From assembly GCA_964621085.1 (NCBI GenBank), contig CAZUKY010000001.1:22951-86950 (forward strand): a DNA stretch of 64,000 nucleotides, written 5' to 3'. This document shows positions 19,737 through 29,102 of this stretch, one piece after another. A program made the position numbers and the translations under genes. Under the pieces are notes generated by a model. The model did no database searches. It worked only from the letters and a program-made list of their open reading frames with translations, and was not told the DNA's origin. Origin of the DNA: an uncultured Gammaproteobacteria bacterium (GTDB lineage Bacteria; Patescibacteriota; Patescibacteriia; JACQRZ01). Each line of letters begins with the position of its first letter. Within the stretch, counting starts at the first letter, position 1.

Positions 19737-20834
19737 CTACGTATTATGAATCCGAACACTCTGGGCAATGCCAATCGCAAGAACGGACGCAAGGAGGGCG
19801 CTGCCGCCATAGCTCATGAACGGCAATGGCAGGCCCGTTACCGGCAGGACGCCGAGATTGCCGCCAATCGCAATGGTTGCCTGCACAAAAATCATGACCG
19901 CGATGCCAGTCAGGATATACAGCGCGAAGTCGTCCCGACACTGGCGCATAATTGCGGCAAATCGCTGAAAAAAAAGGATCCAAAACGCAAGGACGATCGC
20001 AACGCCAAATAGCCCCATCTCCTCGGCTATGACCGAAAAAATGAAGTCGGTCTGATTTTCCGGTACGAACTTGAGATGGCTTTGGGATCCCTTGCCAAAT
20101 CCCTGCCCGAAGAGCTGTCCGGAACCGACGGCGATAAGCGCCTGCCGAACGTTATATCCGCTCCCTTGCACATCCGCGGTCGGAGCGAAAAACGTCCGAA
20201 TACGCTCTTTTTGATAGTCCTGAAACAAGAATGTCCAAAAAAAAGCGCCAGCGATCACGAATCCTCCGGCCAGTATCGCGAGATAGCGTTTTGGAATACC
20301 GCTCATCAGGATCATGCCGAGCCAAATGGAAAACACGACGATGCCGGTACCAAAATCCGGCTGTGCCATGACAAGACCGATCGGGATAAGTGCAATCAGA
20401 CCACTCACGAGAATATGCCGAAATCTCCCGACCTGCTTCGTATGCGCGGAAAAATATCGCGCGAGCATAAGGATCAGACCGATTTTTGCAAACTCCGCCG
20501 GTTGAAACCCGAAATTAAAAACAGTGAACCATCCGCGCGTGCCGCGAATCGTCGAACCGAATACAAGAACACTGACAAGGAGAAGAACACTGATAATAAA
20601 GAACGGGACCGCATAGCTTCGAAATGCGCGGTAGTTGAAAAACGAGAGCACAAAAGCGCCGCCAAGCGCCGCCGCAAAAACAGACGCTTGCCGTTCGACA
20701 AAAAAGAAATCCTGCGACTCCTTTCCAAGACCGATGCTATACAGCGCCGCCAATCCAAACGCAGCGAGAAACACGACCGAGAGAAGGAGAAGGAGGTCGA
20801 AGCTGCGGAGATGCGAGAAAAAACGGGCAATCAT
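19737..20834 (-). CDS. SEDS-family peptidoglycan glycosyltransferase (FtsW/RodA)
   Basis: Ten predicted TM segments and conserved SEDS motifs (PxEFAK, GSQSHLKF...). FtsW versus RodA cannot be resolved here. Confidence 0.85.
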   Translation of the reverse strand: MIARFFSHLRSFDLLLLLSVVFLAAFGLAALYSIGLGKESQDFFFVERQASVFAAALGGAFVLSFFNYRAFRSYAVPFFIISVLLLVSVLVFGSTIRGTRGWFTVFNFGFQPAEFAKIGLILMLARYFSAHTKQVGRFRHILVSGLIALIPIGLVMAQPDFGTGIVVFSIWLGMILMSGIPKRYLAILAGGFVIAGAFFWTFLFQDYQKERIRTFFAPTADVQGSGYNVRQALIAVGSGQLFGQGFGKGSQSHLKFVPENQTDFIFSVIAEEMGLFGVAIVLAFWILFFQRFAAIMRQCRDDFALYILTGIAVMIFVQATIAIGGNLGVLPVTGLPLPFMSYGGSALLASVLAIGIAQSVRIHNT

Positions 20835-20853
20835 GCGAATACGACACGGTTCT

Positions 20854-21756
20854 TTAGCGCATATACACACTCTCCTTCAGCGCGTGAATGATGGGCATGA
20901 CCTCGAGCGTCATACCCGAAGACGGAAATGAGTGCTCCCACTGAACTTGAACAGATCGTGACTCGTACGCCCGAAGATCGGGCAACGGCACCTGATACGC
21001 GGCAATGGTTTGTGCCCCATTCGAGACAAGGATTGCGGCTGCGGCATCCCGGTAGGAAAACGGACTGTCATTTGTCACAACAAACTCCGCGCGAGGATAC
21101 GGAACACCATGCGCGGAAAGATCCAAGAGGGAGTCAGAATGCACGCGAACCTGAGCGAGTGCCTCGAGACGCTCCCGATCCGTACGCGTCACGCGCCGCC
21201 ACGAAACGTTCTCGATCCGCGGGGACACGCCCTCTGCTCGTGGCATGCCGCGACGGATGACGAGCTGCTCGCGATCCGGAAAGGCAGCAAATGGCACGCG
21301 GTACTCGCGGCCGCCTGCCGCGAAGATGACCTGCCCCTCGGCCCACCAGTCAGAATTTGCGTTTGCAACAAATGCATACGCGTCCGAAAAACCGTCCGTC
21401 GAAGCGAGCGCGCCAAATCGCTGGAGCGTAAGATCCGAAACGATCGGAGCCGGCGGAGCATGCACAAATGACGCGCGAATCGATTCGGCAAGCCCCTTGT
21501 TCGCATAAAAATCAAAAGCGAAAAACGCTGCGGCAACCAGAAGAATGAGACCGATCAGCGCATCAATGCCAAAACCGACACCAAAAACCGCGCGCCGAAG
21601 ATCATCGTAGTGAGCGAGTAGCCAACGGCTTTTTTTTAAATCCTCTTCCGAATACGAAGTGTCGTTCATATGGAGCGAGTTGAGCGTACCATGTTTAAAA
21701 CATACCACAAAACGACGCGTTCGACGAGGGCTCCCATCATTGACAAAGTACCTCAT
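20854..21756 (-). CDS. Hypothetical membrane-anchored protein
   Basis: Single N-terminal TM segment followed by a soluble domain; the start is uncertain (alternative at about 21669). Confidence 0.4.
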   Translation of the reverse strand: MRYFVNDGSPRRTRRFVVCFKHGTLNSLHMNDTSYSEEDLKKSRWLLAHYDDLRRAVFGVGFGIDALIGLILLVAAAFFAFDFYANKGLAESIRASFVHAPPAPIVSDLTLQRFGALASTDGFSDAYAFVANANSDWWAEGQVIFAAGGREYRVPFAAFPDREQLVIRRGMPRAEGVSPRIENVSWRRVTRTDRERLEALAQVRVHSDSLLDLSAHGVPYPRAEFVVTNDSPFSYRDAAAAILVSNGAQTIAAYQVPLPDLRAYESRSVQVQWEHSFPSSGMTLEVMPIIHALKESVYMR

Positions 21757-21777
21757 CTGTGCTATACTGGACCCGGT

Positions 21778-23823
21778 ATGAAAATCCTTGCAAAGCTTTT
21801 AATTATAGCATTTTTGGCGCTTTTTCTGCCGATCCGAGCCGCTGCGACACACTCGGAAGGGGAGGCGCTCAAAACGGCGAATTACTTCTTGCGCGCCGGC
21901 ACCGACCTCCGGCCAGAGATGTACGAACGTCTCGCCGCATTCGACCTCCTTATCCTTCCCATGGAAGCCGCGGCCTACAACCGCGATTTTTTTGAATACG
22001 CGCGTTCGCGCAATCCCGACATCATTATACTCCCCTACGTTCCCTCGCGAAGTATCAACGTTCTTCACATCGACGACGGCGCACAGATCCGCAAGCGGCT
22101 GAAGGAGGGCATTCGCGACGAGTGGTACCTGCGTGACAGCCGTGGATCAATTGTCTCGGCCTGGCCAGGAACCCTTCCGGTGAATGTGACAACAGAATGG
22201 AATCGGTATCTTCCTCGTTTCGTCAATGACGTCGTCCTCTCGACAGGACTCTGGGACGGGATCTTTTACGACGAGTGGCAGGATGACGTCTCTTATATGA
22301 ACGGCGGAAATGTCGATCTGGACCGCAATGGCGTGCCGGAGTCCCGCGCCGAAAGCCAGCGTCTCTGGCAAGCGGGCAATGTTGAACTTCTCAAAAATAC
22401 TCGTGCGATCATCGGCGAAAGGCCCATCATCGTGACAAACGGAAGCTCACTGCCGATCTATCAGAAGTACGCAAACGGCCGTCTTTTCGAAAACTTTCCG
22501 ACTCCCTGGGAAGGAAGCGGAGCCTGGCACGATACGATGCGCGGGTACTTGTGGCTCGCAGGGCTTGTCGCAGATCCACACATCCTTATCATCAACGGGA
22601 CGACAAAAAATACCGGCGAGCTATCGGACTACCGCGCTGTCCGCTATGGCCTCACCTCGACGCTGCTCGGCAACGGATACTTTGGCTTCGATTACGGCGA
22701 TCGCGATCACGGACAGATTTGGTGGTATGACGAGTATGATGTTCGGCTTGGCAAGGCGAAAACCCACCCGATCCGAGTGAACAGTGACTCATCTGAAATC
22801 GAGCCCGGGCTCTGGCGCCGCGACTTTGAGAAAGGAGTCGTCTTTGTCAATTCCACGAAAAAACACCAAGAGGTCCGCCTGACCGAGGATTTTGAAAAAA
22901 TTCGGGGGACGCAGGATGCAACCGTTAATGATGGGCGCATCTCGTCTGCAGTGACCCTGCAGCCTGAAGACGGCATTATCATGCTTCGTCCCCTGAGCGA
23001 GATCGCGGAAAAATTCTTTCCCAACGGATCCTTTGTCCGCATTTTCCAGCAGGATGGCGTCGCAAAGCGCAACGGCTTTTTCGCCTATGATCAAGGGGTG
23101 CGCGGCGCCACCCTTGTCGCGCGCATTGACGCTGACCGTGACGGCGCGCGTGATACGATCGTGATCGACAACGGCTCGGTGCGCACGTATTTCAATAGCG
23201 GAGGCTCCCGGTCGTTTGCACCCTTCCCGGAACGCGGCACCGGACATCTCTCCGCCACACTCTCGGACGTGAACGGAGATGGGACACCAGAACTGATACT
23301 CGCCCCGCAGCAAAGCGTGGCTCGCACCGCAAAGAAAACGCCAACAACAATTCGCATTTTTTCCCTCGATGGGAAAAAGATCAAGGAGATTCTCGCGTTC
23401 GGACTGCCATTTACCGACGGACTGACAGTTGCCGCTGGCGATACGGACGGTGACGGATCTCCAGAAATCGTTGCCGGCCGCGTAGCCGGATCCGAGCCAA
23501 TTGTGCGCGTTTTTTCCCTGGACGGCCGAGTGAAAAGCACCTTTCATGCCTATGACAAGCGGTTTCGCGGAGGAGTCAGTATTGCCGTCGGCGATCTGAA
23601 TGGCAACGGATCAGCATCTATCATTACAGCTCCGCTGAGCGCTGGAAGTCCGCATGTTCGGATCTTTGCGTCAAACGGACGGCCACTCAACCCAGGCTTC
23701 TTCGCATTTACAGGATCGTATCGCGGTGGGATGATGGTTGTAGCGCAGGATATCGATGAGGATGGTACGGATGAGATCCTGGCGTTGACGCGGAACGTTT
23801 TTACGACAAGCGGAACGAAATGA
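21778..23823 (+). CDS. Secreted protein with an N-terminal glycoside-hydrolase-like (GHL/TIM-barrel-like) domain and C-terminal FG-GAP/VCBS-type repeats
   Basis: Signal peptide MKILAKLLIIAFLALFLPIRAAA. Repeated DxDGDGxxE(I/L) calcium-binding-like motifs (DVNGDGTPELI, DTDGDGSPEIV, DLNGNGSASII, DIDEDGTDEIL). Confidence 0.5.
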   Translation: MKILAKLLIIAFLALFLPIRAAATHSEGEALKTANYFLRAGTDLRPEMYERLAAFDLLILPMEAAAYNRDFFEYARSRNPDIIILPYVPSRSINVLHIDDGAQIRKRLKEGIRDEWYLRDSRGSIVSAWPGTLPVNVTTEWNRYLPRFVNDVVLSTGLWDGIFYDEWQDDVSYMNGGNVDLDRNGVPESRAESQRLWQAGNVELLKNTRAIIGERPIIVTNGSSLPIYQKYANGRLFENFPTPWEGSGAWHDTMRGYLWLAGLVADPHILIINGTTKNTGELSDYRAVRYGLTSTLLGNGYFGFDYGDRDHGQIWWYDEYDVRLGKAKTHPIRVNSDSSEIEPGLWRRDFEKGVVFVNSTKKHQEVRLTEDFEKIRGTQDATVNDGRISSAVTLQPEDGIIMLRPLSEIAEKFFPNGSFVRIFQQDGVAKRNGFFAYDQGVRGATLVARIDADRDGARDTIVIDNGSVRTYFNSGGSRSFAPFPERGTGHLSATLSDVNGDGTPELILAPQQSVARTAKKTPTTIRIFSLDGKKIKEILAFGLPFTDGLTVAAGDTDGDGSPEIVAGRVAGSEPIVRVFSLDGRVKSTFHAYDKRFRGGVSIAVGDLNGNGSASIITAPLSAGSPHVRIFASNGRPLNPGFFAFTGSYRGGMMVVAQDIDEDGTDEILALTRNVFTTSGTK

Positions 23824-23824
23824 T

Positions 23825-25624
23825 ATGAAGCTGGAACACTTTATTTGCTCGCACGATCCCAAACATCCGGATCAACTCACCTGTCGGGAGGATCCGAGCG
23901 GTGCATCCCGCCCGCTTTTTACATTAAGCAAATTCCATAAATTTTTTGATGCGCGGTTTGCGCGCCACTATCACCCAAGCCGCAAACATGCGCGACTGCA
24001 TCTTCTCGTCGATGCGCTGCTCGGCGCAAGCGTGATCGCCCTTCTCTTCTTTGCGATCATCGGCCTTGGACGCGCACTCGATTTTTTTTCGCCCCTGAGC
24101 GTTGCCGCCGAAAAAGATATCCAGCTTTTTTCGGCCGTTCCAAATACAGTCTCTGTCACCGTCTCGTCGAGATCGCAGGGCATTGACGGCATGACGATTC
24201 ATATCGTTGCGCCGCGCGACGTCGATGTGATGCGCATTGACGGAAAACCATACGACTTCCACGCGCCCCTTGCTCTCGATGGCCTTGCGCCGGGCCAGCA
24301 GCGGGCGATTCCGCTGACGCTCCGTCCGCTCGGAAAAATGGGAAGCAGCGGTGAGTTGCGCGCGCTTGTGCGCGGCATCGACAAGGATGGCCGCACGGTC
24401 GCAAAAGACATTGCTATTCCCTTCTCGGTTTCCCGAACACCGGTCGAACTTTCGATAGAGATTCCAAACTCGGCCGTTGCGGGACAGGCGGTTGCCGCAG
24501 ATATTTTTGCGATAAATCAAACAATGGAGGTGATTCCCTCGATACGCCTTGAGGTTCAGGGATCGGATGGAAAAAAGATTGAAACAAGGGCGCTTTCCGA
24601 TATTCAGCCCGGTGAGCGAACGAAGATATCCGTCACTCTTCCGCCTGGCGACGCGCCAAAGAGCGGTATCCGCGTAGCCGCATTTCTTTCATACAAGGGG
24701 TTCGATTTTCCTCTTGGCACAAAGGAAAGAAACATCGCCGTTGCGGCACCTGAATTACAGGTACAGATTTCAACTGCAGTGAAAACAGCTACGCCGGGCG
24801 AGAGCGTGCCGCTGACACTCGCACTTTCAGCATCCCGTCCGCTTGCACACGTGCGTACGCACCTTCGCGTCGAGGGACCTTTCAAAACAAATGCGCCGCT
24901 GGTATCCGGAGACGGACGGCTGGTTTCCGAGCAGGAAATGATGTGGCAGTTCGATACGCTTTCGGACTCTCACCGCCGTACAGCGACTGTGCGCATTCCG
25001 CGAGATATCGAAAATCCTTCCGAATCTGATTCGAGTGACGTGTATGAGATTCGTATAACCCCACGCGGGTCATACGACGATGGCACCGGACAGCGAATAG
25101 AGGTAACTGGCCAGGTCATACGCATTCCGCTCTCTTCTCCGATTGAGCTGTCCGCATCGGCCCGTTATTTTTCCCCGGAGGGCGAGCAACTTGGTCGCGG
25201 CCCGCTGCCCCCGCGTATCGGAAGCGCGACACGCTATCTGGTTTTTATCTCTCCGCGTGGAAATTTTCACCCAGTAAATGAGGTTTCCGGCGCAGCGCAG
25301 CTCGGAGACAATGTCGCGTGGACCGGCAAAGTCCTGAGCGGAGCGGAGTACCTGTCCTATGACGAAAAAAAGAAAGTTGTCAGCTGGAACTTCGGCTCGC
25401 TTCCGCCATACAACACGCAAAACGGGACCGTCGGTGCAATTTTCGAGCTCTCGTTGACGCCAAACGCAGAGGATTTCGGTACCGAGCCGATTCTCCTGCG
25501 CACTCCCTCGCTGTCCGCAGTTGACGCAGTAACCGGCAAGAAAAACGAGTACGCCCACCAGACACTGACAACACGCCTCACCAACGACACTCAAGCAGCA
25601 GAAAAATCCCGCGTTGTGCGGTAG
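23825..25624 (+). CDS. Hypothetical membrane-anchored surface protein with beta-rich repeat domains
   Basis: 599 aa with an N-terminal TM helix. Repetitive Ig-like / CARDB-like sequence character; no catalytic motif. Confidence 0.45.
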   Translation: MKLEHFICSHDPKHPDQLTCREDPSGASRPLFTLSKFHKFFDARFARHYHPSRKHARLHLLVDALLGASVIALLFFAIIGLGRALDFFSPLSVAAEKDIQLFSAVPNTVSVTVSSRSQGIDGMTIHIVAPRDVDVMRIDGKPYDFHAPLALDGLAPGQQRAIPLTLRPLGKMGSSGELRALVRGIDKDGRTVAKDIAIPFSVSRTPVELSIEIPNSAVAGQAVAADIFAINQTMEVIPSIRLEVQGSDGKKIETRALSDIQPGERTKISVTLPPGDAPKSGIRVAAFLSYKGFDFPLGTKERNIAVAAPELQVQISTAVKTATPGESVPLTLALSASRPLAHVRTHLRVEGPFKTNAPLVSGDGRLVSEQEMMWQFDTLSDSHRRTATVRIPRDIENPSESDSSDVYEIRITPRGSYDDGTGQRIEVTGQVIRIPLSSPIELSASARYFSPEGEQLGRGPLPPRIGSATRYLVFISPRGNFHPVNEVSGAAQLGDNVAWTGKVLSGAEYLSYDEKKKVVSWNFGSLPPYNTQNGTVGAIFELSLTPNAEDFGTEPILLRTPSLSAVDAVTGKKNEYAHQTLTTRLTNDTQAAEKSRVVR

Positions 25625-25651
25625 GAATGTAATCCATTATTACAATCCCTC

Positions 25652-26047
25652 CTAACTCTTTATATTTTGGAGAATTTCCTTCAGTTGATTTGGATTTCTT
25701 TTAATATCCACTTGAATGAATTTATCCACACAGCCATAGTGAATCAATTCATTCATCTCTGCCGTAAGGAGGATATCATCTATCCAGCGAAAGTCCTTTG
25801 TGAAGTCGATCACTTCAGTCTTGAGAGATCGCCAATACGTGGGCCTTATTCTCTGGAGAAGGTTTTCAGTCTCAGGCGGCAGTATGCGTAGCAGGTATTC
25901 AGTAGCTCTATTCTCTCCACCTCGAGAGTGAGTCGTCAGCCAATAGCAGTCGTAATGAGCTGTGACTTCTTCCAAAAATTCGATTGCATGTGCAGTAGGT
26001 CGGCCATGAGTAACCAGTACGCCGTCAATGTCGAGATAGATGTTCAT
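25652..26047 (-). CDS. HAD-superfamily small phosphatase-like protein (5'(3')-deoxyribonucleotidase / PNK-phosphatase-like)
   Basis: Motif I YLDIDGVL, motif II WLTTHS, motif IV RWIDDIL. Confidence 0.5.
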   Translation of the reverse strand: MNIYLDIDGVLVTHGRPTAHAIEFLEEVTAHYDCYWLTTHSRGGENRATEYLLRILPPETENLLQRIRPTYWRSLKTEVIDFTKDFRWIDDILLTAEMNELIHYGCVDKFIQVDIKRNPNQLKEILQNIKS

Positions 26048-26101
26048 GTCTAAGATGCAAATCAAATCTTCTTCCTCAGAATTTCAGTAACACGAAATGC
26101 T

Positions 26102-26371
26102 TCATATCCGCTTGATAATACGCTGCCTTTTTAATTCATCAGTAAGACGCATTGCCCTCGCATACCCAATCTTGAATTTCCTTTGAATCCAATTAGAATC
26201 GACTTTTTTAACTTTTCCACCTACTACATCCTCCTTAATCCTGCGGATCAAGTATGGAAATTCATAACTGTCGCGAAGTGCTTCTATCTTCAAAGTTAGT
26301 TCCTTCATGTTACCCTCCGCACTCTTAAGAAGAGCAATAAGCTCCCTCGTAGTTTTATCGGAGTTATTCAT
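26102..26371 (-). CDS. Small protein with an FtsK-gamma-like winged-helix DNA-binding domain
   Basis: C-terminal IQRKFKIGYARAMRLTDELKRQRII closely parallels the FtsK gamma consensus LQRRLRIGYNRAARLIEQME. Start taken at MNNSD, 10 nt after the res C-terminal ORF stop. Confidence 0.5.
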   Translation of the reverse strand: MNNSDKTTRELIALLKSAEGNMKELTLKIEALRDSYEFPYLIRRIKEDVVGGKVKKVDSNWIQRKFKIGYARAMRLTDELKRQRIIKRI

Positions 26372-26381
26372 ATAAATACAT

Positions 26382-27023
26382 TTAACCAGAATAGACACTA
26401 GTAGCAATTTCGGTTTCGAAAACTCTTACAACTTCTGCAAAAGATTTTACCTTGTACTTCTCCCAATCTTCCTGTCGGATATAGAGCGCGTTATATGTCA
26501 TCCTGCCTTGCCTATTGTTCACGTCATCGCACCATTGCTTGAGCCGTTCAAATTTTAATCGATCATCCTCCTCCTCGCGCCCTTTTGTCTCGACAATATA
26601 AACCGTCTTGTCATCCGTTTTCACAAAAAAGTCGGGATAATATGTTGCGATAAATCCTTCAGAATTCTTATACTCAATTCTCAACGCGCTTGCCTCTTTG
26701 TTTTGGAAATTCTTTGAGAAGGAAACGACATCTTGCTCGTCACAACTCTCGAGGAAGCTTGCGAATTCAAGCTCGAAATCGCTATCTCCGACAATCTTAT
26801 TGAATACTGATTTTTTTGGGATAACGCATGCTTTATCATTGACTACAAATGGTCGAGCGTCACTGACTTTGATGAAATTCCTGATTTCGGTATCGCCTTT
26901 ATCCTGCACCGTAAGATCGTTAATAGCTTTCTTAAACGACTCCCTGATAAGCCGCACGTATTCGGGCTCTGAAAGATTCCGTAAAATGTTCAGGTCTGAA
27001 AGATCCACTTGCCCCTCAAACAT
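26382..27023 (-). CDS. res: Type III Res C-terminal PD-(D/E)xK endonuclease domain ORF, in frame with res and separated from it by a TGA
   Basis: YYPDFF...VYIVETKG matches the PD...ExK nuclease motif. The reading frame continues without interruption from the stop of the upstream helicase ORF (19 sense codons, then ATG). Confidence 0.6.
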   Translation of the reverse strand: MFEGQVDLSDLNILRNLSEPEYVRLIRESFKKAINDLTVQDKGDTEIRNFIKVSDARPFVVNDKACVIPKKSVFNKIVGDSDFELEFASFLESCDEQDVVSFSKNFQNKEASALRIEYKNSEGFIATYYPDFFVKTDDKTVYIVETKGREEEDDRLKFERLKQWCDDVNNRQGRMTYNALYIRQEDWEKYKVKSFAEVVRVFETEIATSVYSG

Positions 27024-27080
27024 ATAACTCTGTATAAACTCTTTTACCTTGCCAAAAAGAATGTCATAGCATCCGAATAA

Positions 27081-29102
27081 TCAAAGCTCGCGCATGATCG
27101 CCTGAACAAAAAAGCCAATTGCACTCTGATGATTTGGTTCTATATCGCCAGTTAAAATTGTCGTATGGTGAGTTTTCTCATCCACGACATCTTTGAAAAC
27201 AATTTCTCGCTTCTCTGTTGCGGTAAATGTTTTTATATTGACTCTCTTATTCCTAAATGATGCAACATCGAGCTCTGAGAGATTTTTATATTCTCTCTGA
27301 ATGCGGGGCGACATGACAGGCACCTCGATATCCAGCTTTTCAATATCTTTCTTAGGGTTATCTCTATCCACCTCAACCACGAGCGGGGCGATCGGCTTTG
27401 AGCCATGACCCATCGCCTTCTTCTCAAGAATAACGCCTTCGCCCTTGATCGATTCCACAAAATCCATGAATGCCTGCGTTCCCAAAACGCTGACATATTC
27501 TTGAACGTCTTCTCGCCCGAAGAACATTCTTCGCAAGCCCCGCCCAAGGGTCTGTTCGGGTAAAATCTTCGAGTCAGCGGCAAAGGGACGAAGACCAACA
27601 ATAGTGGTCACGTTTTTCACATCCCAGCCCTCTTTGAGCATAAGAACGGAGACAATCACCTTGTAGGGACTTTCCCAACTATCGATATCATTTGCTTGTT
27701 TTCTCAGTAGTGCGAGCTCTTCTTTATTCTTCCCCGTCACGCTTTCAGATATCTCACCGCTTCTATTGGTATGAATCGTCAAAACACTGCCTTTCAAATC
27801 AGCAAAAGTATTTTCAATATATTGGGCAACCTCATCACAGTTCTTCGTATCATCGGTCATGATGAAAAGAATCGACTTCTTGCCCATTGTCCTCAATGTC
27901 TCGAACGTTTTTCTCCACTCCTCTATACCAAGGTTAATGTAGTCCCTGTAGCGTTCACTAAAAAGCGCGCTCTGGTTTTCTTTGAGCTTTCCCTGACTCG
28001 CTGCATCGGGTACGACCGGATTTTTTACTATTCTCTGGTGGATCGCTTCGACAAGAGGATAATCCGAAATCGTCTGCACAAAAATTGAGCCGTCATTCTT
28101 CTTTGGCGTAGCAGTAACGTCCAACTGTAAGGCCAATCCAGAGCCTTTCTGCTTGAGCCGGTTGTCGATGTCTTGAATAGACTTAAACCATGCCATCTTT
28201 TCATCATGCAGATGATGGGCCTCATCATTGATTACTATCAATTCGTCTATATCTCGCACTATCGAGCCTAAATCTAGCGTTGAATCATTTGTCTTTGTGA
28301 CAGGCTTGTTGCCGAGAAAATATGCGGTCGTATCCTTGTCTTCATAACTTGCTTCTTTGACATCTCCCTCAAAAACTCGATGAATATTGGTCAAAAAAAT
28401 ATTTCCTGTTTCTGAGATATTGTGTAAGTCATCCTGCAGGTGCAGTGTTATTTGAAAATCGTCCTGCCAGTTTTGTCCTTGGTAACCGTTATCCGGTAAG
28501 ACGGGATCGTTGAAAAATATTTTCAATCCTTCAAAGTCATTTTTTATTCTGTCAAAAACAATCACGTTGGGCGCAATCAGGAGAAAGTTTTTTGCAAGTC
28601 CTGAATCCTCTTCGAATTTTTTATGGAAGTATGCCCATGCGACAAGAAGGCTCATGACCTTTGTTTTGCCTGCACCGGTTGCCATCTTAATGACAAAGCG
28701 TAGCCATTCTTCAGTGAACATCTGAGGACTCAACACGCCCGTTGAGTTGTAACGAATGAGGTCGTACTTATCCTTTACCTCTGCAACGTCATAGAGCCAG
28801 ACAACTGTTTCCAAAGCTTCTCTTTGGGCAAAGTAGTACCGAAAATTAAATGACGTGCCATCTTGGTTGTATTGGATATGATCTTCCTTGAACCACCAAT
28901 TTAGCAGTGCCTTTGATGTACCGCTTGCTCCCTCATAGTTTTTATCACGCCATTCTTTTACTCGTTTGCGCAGGTCGGCGACTAATGGAGGGAGTAACTT
29001 ATCGTAGCCCTTCTCACGCAGGTCCTCATCAGCAGGAAACCACCTGATACTTGGATCAAGAATTTCATAGGGATCTTTTGGGAAGTCTTTATGTAGAGCC
29101 AT
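27081..29102 (-). CDS. res: Type III restriction enzyme Res subunit, SF2 helicase/ATPase portion
   Basis: Walker A ATGAGKT, DEAHH box, and motif VI QTLGRGLR. Located downstream of a Type III mod gene. Ends in TGA at 27081-27083. Confidence 0.8.
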   Translation of the reverse strand: MALHKDFPKDPYEILDPSIRWFPADEDLREKGYDKLLPPLVADLRKRVKEWRDKNYEGASGTSKALLNWWFKEDHIQYNQDGTSFNFRYYFAQREALETVVWLYDVAEVKDKYDLIRYNSTGVLSPQMFTEEWLRFVIKMATGAGKTKVMSLLVAWAYFHKKFEEDSGLAKNFLLIAPNVIVFDRIKNDFEGLKIFFNDPVLPDNGYQGQNWQDDFQITLHLQDDLHNISETGNIFLTNIHRVFEGDVKEASYEDKDTTAYFLGNKPVTKTNDSTLDLGSIVRDIDELIVINDEAHHLHDEKMAWFKSIQDIDNRLKQKGSGLALQLDVTATPKKNDGSIFVQTISDYPLVEAIHQRIVKNPVVPDAASQGKLKENQSALFSERYRDYINLGIEEWRKTFETLRTMGKKSILFIMTDDTKNCDEVAQYIENTFADLKGSVLTIHTNRSGEISESVTGKNKEELALLRKQANDIDSWESPYKVIVSVLMLKEGWDVKNVTTIVGLRPFAADSKILPEQTLGRGLRRMFFGREDVQEYVSVLGTQAFMDFVESIKGEGVILEKKAMGHGSKPIAPLVVEVDRDNPKKDIEKLDIEVPVMSPRIQREYKNLSELDVASFRNKRVNIKTFTATEKREIVFKDVVDEKTHHTTILTGDIEPNHQSAIGFFVQAIMREL

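Noticed and set aside
26382-29102. Possibility that the in-frame TGA in res reflects UGA-to-Gly/Trp recoding, as in some reduced-genome lineages
   Set aside because: pgk in this window terminates with TGA in a position matching the normal PGK C-terminus, and other genes are full-length without internal TGA issues, so TGA is a normal stop here.
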